A DNA stretch of 64,000 nt, from NCBI GenBank assembly GCA_000388065.2, contig KB932206.1. The stretch is one strand, 5' to 3'. Below the pieces are notes generated by a model. That model ran no database searches. It worked only from the letters and a program-made list of their open reading frames with translations, and was not told the origin of the DNA. A program made the translations under genes and the position numbers. The DNA comes from Fonticula alba ATCC 38817 (Eukaryota; Protista; Nucleariida). This document shows positions 50,671 to 64,000 of this stretch, one piece after another. How positions within the stretch are numbered: position 1 is the stretch's first letter; every line of letters starts with the position of its first letter.

Positions 50671-52173
50671 TCAACGCCGGGCCAGATGCGACATCTGGCA
50701 CACGGCCTCGGTCAGGCAGTGGTTGCTTTCGAAACTCGGGTGCCCAAGGAGCAAGTGCCCGGAGGAGAGATTGTAGATCACGGTGTGGATCCTCAGCGAC
50801 CGGCCTACCTCCCAGGCCCTTTGGACCACGACGCTGGTGGCCACGGCCACGGCCTGGGCCACGGCATTCGACAGGACGGCGTAGGCCTCGAGCTGGATGT
50901 GGTCCTGGGAGCGGGCCGCGGCCAGGACCTGCTCATCGCGGCGCAGCTGATTCCGGATGGGCTCCGTGTAGTAGTCCAGCACGCCCAGGCGCGAGCGCAG
51001 CAGGGCCGCCCGCACCCCGCCGCAGTTGGTGTGACAGCAGACGATGATGTTTTCCACATGCAGCCCCTCGACAGCGTACTCCAGGATGGACATGGTGCTC
51101 AGGCACATGGGGTTGAAGATGTTGGCGATGGTCCGCATTTCGAAGACCGATCCCGGCAGCTGGCCCGACACGGTGGAGCCCTGTTTGGCCGGGGAGGCGA
51201 GCCGGGCCGCGGGGCCGGTGTCGAGCCGGGCCGGAGCATCGCCGACCACGGGCCGGGGCCGAGCCCCGGGTAGGAAGGTCAGGACACCGGCAGGGGGCGA
51301 GTGGAAGAGGGTGGTGCCGGGGAGCGGGGCGGGGGGGGGGGGGGTTTGGCGCACCGGCGACCGGCTATCACAACAGCCGATCCAAAGGAAGTTGGGCATC
51401 TGCGGCCCACGGCGATTGAAGAAGGCCGGATCATCCCGGCGCATGGAAGCCGCCCACATGTAATTGTCCTTGAGGAGCTGCTCGAAAGACTTCCGGTAGA
51501 TGACTGGCACGGGGGCGGGCTGCTGCCCGGCGTCTGGCGGCGAGGGCGCCTTCGGCTTGGGCGGTGCCTGCCAGGTGCCGCGCATCGAGAACCGTCTTGA
51601 GGGTTAGTGGGGCGGAGAAACCCCCGGAGGAAGCGGCGCGGCAGTGGGGATCAGAGGGGGAGAGAGAGAGCGCGCGCGCGAGCCTGGGGCCGAGCGTGCG
51701 GGGTCGGGCGGTCTCGGTACCTGCTCTAGGTCCGTGCGCTTTTCCTTCGGCGGCGGGGCCGGGCCCGGGGGGGTGGCCTGCTTGCTCTTCTTCTTTTTCT
51801 TCTGGATGGCCATCTCGCCGCCTGGGCCATCGGCGCCGGCGTCATCGGCGTCCGCATGACTGGTGACCACCCACCCGGGAGACAGCGGCGAGGGCGGGCC
51901 CTCGGTCGGCATTGCCGAGAGGTCCTTCTGCAGCAGAGACAGGGAGCCTAGCAGCTCGGTCATCTGGGCCGCAGGCCCCGCGTCGGAGGCCAGGGAACTG
52001 TCGGGCACCGTGCGCTGGAGCTCTTCAAAGCGCTCGGACACCTGCTCGGGGTGCTCGGTGGACCCGCTGCACACCACGCTGGCCAGGTAACGGAGAGCCT
52101 CATCGGTGTAGTCGAACCAGGCCTCCGGGCTGTAGTCGACCGTGAAGTCGGGGATCTTGGTGTCGGGACGCAT
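50671..52173 (-). CDS. Beta-class carbonic anhydrase (copy B) with N-terminal extension
   Basis: FLWIGCCDSRSP (CxDxR zinc motif), FEMRTIAN, SILEYAVEGLHVENIIVCCHTNCGGVRAAL (HxxC) and VQRAW..IHTVIYNLSSG. Exon 1 (52173-51721) is probably joined in phase 0 to ...GGCAG|GCACCG. Confidence 0.88.
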
Positions 52174-52360
52174 TTTCCCGGGAGAAGGGCCGCGCGAGGC
52201 TGCTCAAAGGTAGGGCGGATGGAATGAGGGAACAAAGGACCGGTGGACCTGTGAGGCAGAGCTGGGTTCCGTCTTGGCCGGGCCGCCAAATGAATCTCCC
52301 CTCCTGCTGCCGGCCCACCCGGCGTGCCCGTCCGCCTCGCCGGTGCCGCCCCCCCCCCCC

Positions 52361-52416
<56 letters not shown>

Positions 52417-52745
52417 GACCATAACCTCCGGGTGAGATCGGGCACGGGGCGGAATTTACGGAATCCATGCCCGGACGCCATTTGGCATGCGTTGCGTGCG
52501 GGCGCCCCCGCTAATCTACACCCTCCGATTAGGGCCAATCCGGCGCTGGCCAGCTGCATGGAGATCGCCAGGATCCCCGACGGAGCGCGCGAGCGCGCTC
52601 GACTTCCACACACGGAGCTTCACAGAACCCCGGGCCAGCTTGGGGGGGGGGGGGGAGGGGGGTGGGGTGCAGGGGGCAAAGGGCGTGAAAAGCCCGCAGC
52701 CGGAGGATACGTATTCGGGGCTAGTGCTCAGGGGCGCACGCATGC

Positions 52746-52752
52746 ACCCACG

Positions 52753-52801
<49 letters not shown>
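52746..52801 (+). repeat. Long poly-C homopolymer (~55 nt); poly-G on the minus strand
   Basis: Directly visible between the two carbonic anhydrase genes. Confidence 0.9.
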
Positions 52802-52802
<1 letters not shown>

Positions 52803-53192
52803 TGGAGCAGCGCCCCCCACCAAGCCCCCTGCGAGCGCGCAGCACTCGGAAAAATACTCCGCGTTCGGGGGGCGGTTTATTGATCATCTGAAGTCGTAGA
52901 ATGGAGCTCCAGCACGGTGATTGTGGGGGCAAGACTGTCCCCCCTCTACCGCGCCAGGCCTCGCTGGCCGCCCGCCGAAGGCAGGGAGAGGGGGGCAGGC
53001 ATCTTCCCCCATGATGGCCGCATAGGTGCGTGTGTGCGGTCGCACGCGCGGCCGCTTGCGGCCCTTCCCCCGCCCCGCCCTGCCCGGCGCCGGCCCTTTC
53101 GCTGAAGGGAGAGTTGTAGCGCCGGAGACCGGCCCCGGAAGGTGCTCGGCCCCCCGGCTTGCCCTCCTCCGTCTCCGCCCGCGCCCCTCTCC

Positions 53193-54448
53193 TCAGGCCT
53201 TCGGGCAGTTGGGATTCCGCAGGACATCTTTCGAGACCACCATCTTGCCGGTGGAGAGGTTGTACATGACGCAGTGGATGTTGAGCTCGCGAGTGGGGTC
53301 CTTCCAGGCGTTCTTGACGGTGACACTTCGAGCCAGGCTCTTGGCCTGCTCCAGGACATTGGAGATGACGGCCGTGGCCTCGGCGATGCCCTCCGAGTCG
53401 TGCTTAATGGACTCGGGGGCTTTTTCCGACGCTTCAACAGCCGCCAGCACATGCTTGTCGCTGTACAGCTGGGCACGAAGGGGCTCAAGGTAGAAGTCCA
53501 AGACCCCGCCAAGAGGCGGGCCATCCTTCTTCAGGGCCGCGCGAATGCCCCCGCAATTGGAGTGGCAGCACACCACAATGTTTTCCACCTGCAGGGCATT
53601 GACCGCATACTCGAGGGCCGACATGGAGCTCATGCAGCTGCTTTGGAAGACATTGGCAATCGAGCGCATTTCGAAGATCTGCCCAAGCTGCTGCTTGGTA
53701 ATGAGGATGGCCTGCGCGCAGGCGTGTCCACGCCGGCGCACCGGCAAGGACCGAAGGCATGGACATGGCCGGGGGGAGAGAGGGGCCGATCCCGGAAGTC
53801 ACCCAGTCAGACAAGCGGCCCGGGCCAGGAGACCCGCAATGGCAGGCAAAGGGGGCGGGGGCGGGACCGGAAGAACGGGCAGGGAGGGCGGGGCAAAGAG
53901 GCACGAACCGGAGTCCGGCTGTCACAGCAGCCAATCCACAGGAAATTGGGCTTCTGATCGCCACGGATGAGGAAGTACTCGGACCCCTTCTCCTTGAGGA
54001 CCTTCACCCACTGAGTGTTGCCAGCCTCGAGATCCTGGAAATTCTTCTTCCGCTCGGGCGCCGGCGGCGGGTCAGACGACCCCTCGCCCGGCGAGGCGCC
54101 GATCGGCAGGGCGGTCTTCGGCTTGGACCGGTCAAATAGAATGTCCTCCAGGAAGTCCCCGAGGGCGGACGACCGGGTACTAGGGGCGGCCGGGGGCAGG
54201 CCGCTTGAGCCCGCCTTCTCGAGGGCGACATCTTCCACGCCATCTGCATTCGGGTGGCTGGTGTTGGGCGACGCCGGGGCCGTCTCCTGGTCCGCTGTCG
54301 GGCTGTCGGTCGGGGGCGGATCATTCGATGCCGTGGTCAAGCAAGTGGGCGGATCACCCTTTCCGGCGAGGAGGTCGAAGATCACCTCGAGGGTGACATC
54401 GCTGTAGTCATACCAGATGGGGCCGGGTGACTTGTTGCTGAGACCCAT
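53193..54448 (-). CDS. Beta-class carbonic anhydrase (copy A) with N-terminal extension
   Basis: LEAGNTQWV..DQKPNFLWIGCCDSRTP, an intron, then FEMRSIAN, SALEYAVNALQVENIVVCCHSNCGGIRAAL and VKNAW..IHCVMYNLSTG. Confidence 0.9.
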
Positions 54449-54844
54449 GGTGGATGTCCCGGGGCTGTGTAGGGCGAGCGAGGCGGGGAAGACAGAACGG
54501 GGGAAGCTGCGAGCGGGGCCAGGTTGGTGTGGCACAGGCGGGAGGATGCCAACACCGGGGCCGGCTTTTAAACACCCACCACGAGGGCACGACGCCAACC
54601 GGGGCGGGAGAGGGGGGCGGGGCCTGACCGGGGCCGTGGTCTAGCGAACCCTCCAGAGAGGGGACCTCCAGACCAGCCGAGTTAGGCGACCTCCCCTGAT
54701 CGGAGTCCCCATTCGAGCCCCTGGTTAGGGCGAGGGGAGGGCGAACCGCGCGGCATTTGTGCCTGACACACGCAAACCACCCTGGCCGCTAGCTCGCTTG
54801 TTGGGAGGAGGCGTGCGCCTGAAAGCCACCGCGACGGCAGCATT

Positions 54845-54853
54845 CAGAGACAG

Positions 54854-54893
<40 letters not shown>

Positions 54894-54925
54894 AGAGAGA
54901 GAGAGAGAGAGAGCGAGAGCGAGCG
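54845..54925 (+). repeat. (GA)n microsatellite
   Basis: Directly visible. Confidence 0.9.
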
Positions 54926-55782
54926 AAAGTCCGAGGATACCCGATGGGCAGGGAGGGGTTGAAAGGGAGAGGGGAAGAAAGACATGCGCACACTCAGGGC
55001 CAAGGCGTAAAAAAAAAAGGATGCAAGCGAGTGGAGGGGCAAACTCCTGGCCGGGTGGAACAACACAGGGAGCATACACGCCCCTGACACACTCCCGCCC
55101 CTCCGACCCATGGTTTCCCGATTCACCTACGCCCCGCGAGCGGGCACCTATATTCCGATTTCGGGGGAGCGCCATCCGGCGCGCTCAAGGGGCTCGAACA
55201 CTTGGCTCACACTTAAAAATGACCCCGCGCCCCGGCGCCAGGGCGACCCGGCTTCCCTGGTGGCTTCCTTCGGACGCCCTTCTGTGCCGAAAGACACACG
55301 GCAGGTGCAGGTGGGCGGGGGGGGGGGGGGGGGCGAGGAGCCCGGGACCCCCCCACGGCAGCCGGACAATCCACACACGCTCAATTCTCACGCCCCCTTC
55401 GCTCGGGCGCTGGGAAATAGCGGAGAGAGCCGCGCCGCCCGCCCTCCCCCCCCCCCCCCCATGTCGGGTGGTGCAACCACGACCAAGTGCCAATGCCCGG
55501 GAGAAGCCAACCCAGCTCCCGGAGGGCATCCCCTCGCGCCGCTCGCCCGCCTGCCGCTCCGGCTCCTGGCCCCGCTGGTGGTCCCCTTCAGCTCGGCCGC
55601 GGGCCACGCACAGCAAGAGCGCGCGCGACTCATTACCATGCTGGCTTCTGCTTCTTTTTTTATTTTTCACTCGCGTACATCAAATATCCGGAAACGCAGG
55701 GGCCGCAGCCAACAAACACCCGCCATGGGGACCGGGCATCGGCCGCGCCAGGCCTCCCACGGTACCCCGGGGCTGCTGCCTT

Positions 55783-58700
55783 TCAGCCAAATAGCAGTGC
55801 CAAGAGCAGCTCCCGCCCGGGGCCACTTCCCTCCAGCAGGGCCGCCGTCGCTGGGAAGCGCTCCAGGAAGGCCTCCACGGCCGCGTAGCCGACGGCCAGG
55901 CGCACCAGCGGCTGACCGGCCTCCGGGAAGTCGATATCCAGCCCGCGCAAGAGGGGCGACGAGGAGGTCGGCACATGGAAGTGCCGCAACACATGGCGCT
56001 CCTCACTGATATACAGCCGACACCGGTCGCAGGCTGGGCAATCTTGCCCGGGTTCCAACAAGTGCCGGCAAAAGTGCCCGGCTGCCAGGGCAACGACGGA
56101 TGGCAAACGGGCGGAGGGGGAGAAAGGGAAGAGGGGCGAATGCGTCGAAGGTCAGAGGGGTTGGGGGGGGGGAGAGAAAAAGGCACGGCATGCTCGCGGG
56201 GCCCCGGGACAGGGCTGGCGATTGCGTACCAGCCACCGGCTGCCGGCACAGGTAGCAGCTCTTGGTCCCGCAGATGGGGCAGGTCATCTCGTTGCAGCCC
56301 TGCTCCTTGACGAAGGGGCTCTGACATCGAGGGCATGTTCGAATCAGGGTCGCCGAGAAGATGCTCTCAACGAACAGGCGCAGCTGGTCCAGGGACCCGG
56401 CATCCGGCCGGGCCGGCGGGTGGCGAAGATCCACCGAGCCGCCGGCCGCCGGCGAGGCAGACGCCGAGGCCATCTCGGCCGCCGCGGCTGCCGCGACCAC
56501 CTGCGCCGCCAAGGTCCCGGCCGAGCGGCAGGGCAGCCCGCCATGCGCCGGCTCCCCGCAACCGGCACATGTGGCCGCCAGGCAGTGAATATTCCGGCAG
56601 ATAAAGGGCTCGCTGCCGGAAGAGCCGCGCGTGGGGAACCCGGCGAAGTCCCCGGCCCGTGGAGCTGGCCCGATGTCTCGCGCCACCAGCTGCCGAACGG
56701 CCACATCGATGCGCCTGGCCGGCAGGAAGGTCAGATCGACCAGCGGCTGGCTGAAGCCCAGAAGCAGCAAAATGCCGGACCCCAGCCGGGCCCCATGGTG
56801 CGCGGCCGCCAGGAGCCCGGCACCGGGCGGCGGCGCGGGCCCAGTGATGCGACCTGGCGAGGGGGGTTGGCCACGGCGCCCGGCGTCGAGGGAATGATGG
56901 TCAAGGCTGTCAGATGGGAGGGACGGGGTTGGGGGGGGGAGAGGGAGGAAGAACGCGAAAGGGGCCGCCAGTGGCATCCAACCGGGAAGGGGGCAGGGGC
57001 AGCGGCGACAATGTGACAAGCACACGCACCGTCCAGGAGGAAGACCACCGGCGCCACAAGCAAGACCGCCCAGAAGAGGAGAGACCGCGAATCATTGGTC
57101 AGCAGCAGCCCGAGCAGCAGCAGGACCGGCATGCTCGCAGCCAGCAGCAGGATCAGCCGGCCGAGCAGGGCGCGATACACCACCAAACGCTCAAAGTGCC
57201 CCGGTGGCCAGGCGGCGCTCGGGTTGGCCGGAGGTGAGACGCCCACCATGGCCCGCCAGCGGTCGCGCCAGGACTGATACTCCAAACGGAATTCGGCCGG
57301 CTGGGCCTCGGGATCCGGGCCCAGTGGCCCCGGCCCCGGGTCCGACACTTCCTCAAAGTAGCCGCACAGGCCGCACGCCCGGGTGGCGGGCAGAACCCCG
57401 GACAGAGCGCGCGCCATGAACCGCTGGCCCTCATCCGGGGCCAGGCACCGGCCAATGACATCCTCCAGACGGATCTGGCCACTGGCGCATGGGGGCTCGG
57501 CCGTGGCGGCAAAGCATCCCAATGCCAGAGGCCCATTGCCCGGTGGCCGGTCCAGGGCCAGCCCGGCAGCCGATCGCACACAGGACACACACAAAGCATG
57601 CTGGCTTGGCCCGGTGCAGCGGACCACCTCCCCGGCCGGGAAGTCCCCGAAGCAGCACTGGCACTCGGCCGGCGGCCCGACGGGGGCCGCCCCGGCCGCG
57701 GCGGCCTCGGCCTCGGCCGTCGCCCGGGCCGCCGCCTTCCAGCCGTGCAGCTTCAGCACATCCAGCACGAGATCCGGGTCGAAGTAGCGTGCTGGCCGCG
57801 GGGCGGCCGGACCGCCGGGCGCACTTCGGAGCAGGCTACGCAAGCCCCACCATGTCAGTCGCCGGAAGCCGGTCGGCATGGGAGCCGGGCCACCGGCGAT
57901 CACCTCCAGCGCTGGCCGCCGCTGTGTCGAGTTGAAGAGAGACATGAACTTCTCGGCAAACCGATGCGACCCGGTGGTCACCGTATTGGTCAGGTGAATG
58001 AATGCCAGGCCATAATCCCCCTGGAAGCTGGTCAGTGCATGGCTGACGGGGGGGGGGAGGCGACGAAGGGAATGTCAGAAGGCGAGCCCCAGTTGACAGG
58101 GCCGAACGAGAGGGAGGCAGGCGATGGAGAGCAGAGACGGAGAGAGGGAGAGAGAGAGAGAAAGAGGGGCGGGGAGGGGGTGGACACGGGAGGGAAGGGG
58201 GGACACGCACCCGATTGAGCTGCCCATGAGGAAGGGGAACTCCAAGGCCAGGAGCTCGTGTGCCTGGCTCAGGTACTCGGCCGTTCGGAAGCGCAGGGTC
58301 GACGCCACGGTGAATGCCTCATCCAGGCAATGGACCCCCCCGCCGAGGCAGGGCGCCACATCGATCAGATGCCCGGGTGGGGGCAGCGCGCACAGGTGCG
58401 ATGGTGGGGGGGACCCCGGGGTGGGGCCGGCGCCGGTCGGAGGCCTGGCCGCGCGACAGGCAGCCAACAGGTCCAATGGCGGCCGCAAGGCCAGCAGCCG
58501 GTGATGCCGGTGCTCGGTGAGGGCCACATCGACAATGGACAGGCGCGCCCCCGGGGCCGGACCGGCCAGGAACCCGGGCAGCCCGGGCCGCGGGAGCCAT
58601 TGAGCCTGGGCCCGGAAGGGGCCGCCCTCGGCACCGGCTGCAGCCGCGGCCGCCTGGCGCTCGACAAAATCCCCCAGCAGACGACGAAGCTCACGACCAA

Positions 58701-59679
58701 AGTCCCCGGCCGACTGGCCATGGATGTGCAGCGGCCGAGATCCAGGCAGCGGGGCCAGGGGAACCGGCGCCCCGGCTCCGGCGGCCCCAACGCCTCCGGT
58801 CTCGGCGAGGCGGGCCCGGCGCTCCAGCTCCCTCTGGTCCTTGGCCAGGGCGTCCAGCACGGTGTCCACGGCGGTAATCACCAACGACCGGAAGTGCCAC
58901 TGCCGGCCAACCAGATGCGTCAAGTCGGCCGAGCGCTCCAGATCCCGGGCCGCCTGTGCCAGTACCTGATGCAGGTACCCCGGGTCCAGCAGGGGGAAGA
59001 GCCGGATCAGCCGACCAAGGGCTCGATTGCGGGCCTGCGTCACCAGCCTCTCGAGGGCCACATCCGGCCCGGGCCCAGGGAGGGTTTGCTGCAAGGCCGC
59101 TGCCCGGCGAAGCAGGCCACACGCATTGTCACCCTCGAGACCGGTGCGACAGATGAGCGGGGCCCCATCGCCCGGGTCATCCGGGCGCGCCAGCAGCCGG
59201 ATGATTTTCCCCAATGAAAGGAGAAAAACCCGGTTCAACAGGCGCCCCGAACAGGGAATGGCCATCGGAGTGGCATCCGGCGTGTGTTGAGGGGGATCCT
59301 CGGGGCGTTGCTCGACCGGGCGCTTTTCCAGCAGCCCAAGCTCTCGAACAACGCATCGCCGGAGGAAGTCCCGCTGTCGGGGGATCCGGCCGCTGGGGGG
59401 GAGGGCGCGCGCACGGCTGGCCACTCGGTGGCAAACGCCACACCGACAGAGGAGCCGACGCTGGGGATTCCACCCGGGCAGGGGCCCGCGCCGGGCGGCC
59501 GGGCGGAGGTCCACCTTGGATGGCTCGATGCCAAGCACCGCCGCCGTCATATGCCGGCAGACCGTGCGCAGGAACTCATTATCGGCCTCGGGGATCGCGG
59601 TGCCTAGCGCCGTCACCACGGATTCCAACGCGCAAGGGAGGTTGCCAGCCGGCCGAGGCACAGGGTGCTGCCGAAGCAT
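55783..59679 (-). CDS. RNF216: RBR E3 ubiquitin ligase, RNF216/TRIAD3-like, with a hydrophobic insert in the IBR domain
   Basis: RING1 CQCCFGDF..C..HALCVSC..C..C; IBR split into CGLCGYF and FICRNIHC..TCAGCGEPAH..LPC; RING2 CPRCQSPFVKEQGCNEMTCPICGTKSCYLC; then the RNF216-specific zinc tail HFCRHLLEPGQDCPACDRCRLY. Confidence 0.82.
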
Positions 59680-60126
59680 GATGCCTGGCTTGGCAGGAGT
59701 GGAGAGGGGGAAGGAGAGAGGGGGAGAAGGGGAGAAGGGGAGAAGGAGGGGGGGAGAGAGAAAGCGGGGATCCGGCGGGGGGGGGCCGGAAGCGGGCTGG
59801 GTGGGGGGGAGAGAGGGATAGGAAGAGAGAGGGAGAGAGAGAGAGAGGAAGGCAGAGGAAAAAGCGGGGCAGCAGATTCAGAGGCGATTGGCGAGGACCG
59901 AAGGGCTGGGTGCAGCGGCCCCTGGCTCATTTGAAGATCCTTCCCTCCGCGTCTCCGCGCGCCGAGCCGGCAGGCAGTCGAGTCGAGGGGACGCATCATC
60001 TGCAGGGGAAAACTGANNNNNNNNNNGCTCATTTGAAGATCCTTCCCTCCGCGTCTCCGCGCGCCGAGCCGGCAGGCAGTCGAGTCGAGGGGACGCATCA
60101 TCTGCAGGGGAAAACTGATCGCCCCG

Positions 60127-60162
<36 letters not shown>

Positions 60163-60862
60163 TGGGTTGGTGGAGGTGGCGCGCGGGCGCCGCCCCCGCG
60201 CCCACCGCCGCACCGGCCCCCGGCCCCACACCCGATGCCCCCCCCGCGCGCCCTGGGTTGGTGGAGGTGGGGAGAACATGCAGGCCACACACGAGTTGCA
60301 TCCCCACCAGCCCAGGTCCCTGGGATGCCCAGGCGCGCCGGCCCGATCGGGGCGGGGATGCCGCGCACAAAAAAAAAAGAGCGGGCGATCAGCCCGAGAC
60401 GACGGCGCTCAGCTGGGCAACCACCACGTGCTGGGGTTCCAGAATTTGACGGGAGGGCTAATGGTGGCCTGGGGCTGGATCATATGCCTCGGCGCACGTG
60501 TGCGATCGGGCCAACGCCGTGGGCCAGACCATACAACGCCGCGAGGGAGCCGCTCGCACGGCGCACGCGGCCCCCCCCCCAAGGATGGCCACCATCCGGG
60601 CTGGCGGTTCGTGCTGCCGGAGCACACGCGCAAGAACCCGGGCACCTCGCAGATCCCAAGGGACCGACTTCACCAAGCCCCGTATTCGCGAGCTATGTTG
60701 CCTCGCACACATGCGCGAGCATGCCCTTCTCCTCTCCGCTCCTGGAAAACGCGGAACCGCGCCCGCCCTCCCCCCCCCTCCCACTGCACATACACCCACG
60801 CAAGAGGCCCCTAGGTAAAGGTAGCTGGCACCAGCGGCCCGCCTCGGCTCCTTTCCCCTCCC

Positions 60863-61272
60863 NNNNNNNNNNNNNNNNNNNNNNNNNNNNNNNNNNNNNN
60901 NNNNNNNNNNNNNNNNNNNNNNNNNNNNNNNNNNNNNNNNNNNNNNNNNNNNNNNNNNNNNNNNNNNNNNNNNNNNNNNNNNNNNNNNNNNNNNNNNNNN
61001 NNNNNNNNNNNNNNNNNNNNNNNNNNNNNNNNNNNNNNNNNNNNNNNNNNNNNNNNNNNNNNNNNNNNNNNNNNNNNNNNNNNNNNNNNNNNNNNNNNNN
61101 NNNNNNNNNNNNNNNNNNNNNNNNNNNNNNNNNNNNNNNNNNNNNNNNNNNNNNNNNNNNNNNNNNNNNNNNNNNNNNNNNNNNNNNNNNNNNNNNNNNN
61201 NNNNNNNNNNNNNNNNNNNNNNNNNNNNNNNNNNNNNNNNNNNNNNNNNNNNNNNNNNNNNNNNNNNNNNNN
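60863..61272. other. Largest assembly gap (~410 N), in the divergent RNF216/NSUN2 upstream region
   Basis: Run of N. Other gaps are at 6159-6169, 10177-10271, 28811-28936, 37086-37095, 40138-40278, 46313-46322 and 60017-60026. Confidence 0.95.
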
Positions 61273-61354
61273 NCCTCTCCCCACACACACACTCACACAC
61301 ACACACACACATACGCATCAGAGCGCGCCTGTCCCCGCATACTACACTCCAAAC

Positions 61355-64000
<2,646 letters not shown>

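Noticed and set aside
59925-60118. 92-bp direct repeat (59925-60016 and 60027-60118)
   Set aside because: Identical copies flank a 10-N gap, the classic pattern of unmerged overlapping contig ends.

Overview
This is GC-rich eukaryotic genomic DNA from a draft assembly with 8 N-gaps. Genes carry short spliceosomal GT-AG introns (donors mostly GTGCGT or GTATGT) and the window is rich in poly-C/G and dinucleotide tracts. The style and gene content suggest a unicellular opisthokont such as Fonticula; that is an inference. I can support 13 protein-coding genes, in order: alanine aminotransferase (partial), RAD51D-like, neuroguidin/Lcp5, an Spt3/SUPT3H double histone fold behind a ~1800-aa Q/H/P-rich disordered region, INTS6, a half-size ABCA transporter, an ATF6-like membrane-tethered bZIP, KDSR/Tsc10, UFD1, a p101/p84 (PIK3R5/6)/PACS-like protein, two tandem beta-carbonic anhydrases, and an RNF216-like RBR E3 ligase. 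A 14th, NSUN2/Trm4, is cut by the window end. No rRNA, tRNA, CRISPR array or mobile element is supported. The most interesting signals are: (1) a spliced ATF6-like gene with conserved lumenal blocks, next to KDSR, UFD1 and ABCA; (2) a class IB PI3K-adaptor/PACS-like protein; (3) an RBR ligase whose IBR domain is split by a ~190-aa insert with predicted transmembrane helices; (4) Spt3 fused to a giant repeat-rich disordered region. All homology calls come from motif recognition and recalled alignments, not from database searches.
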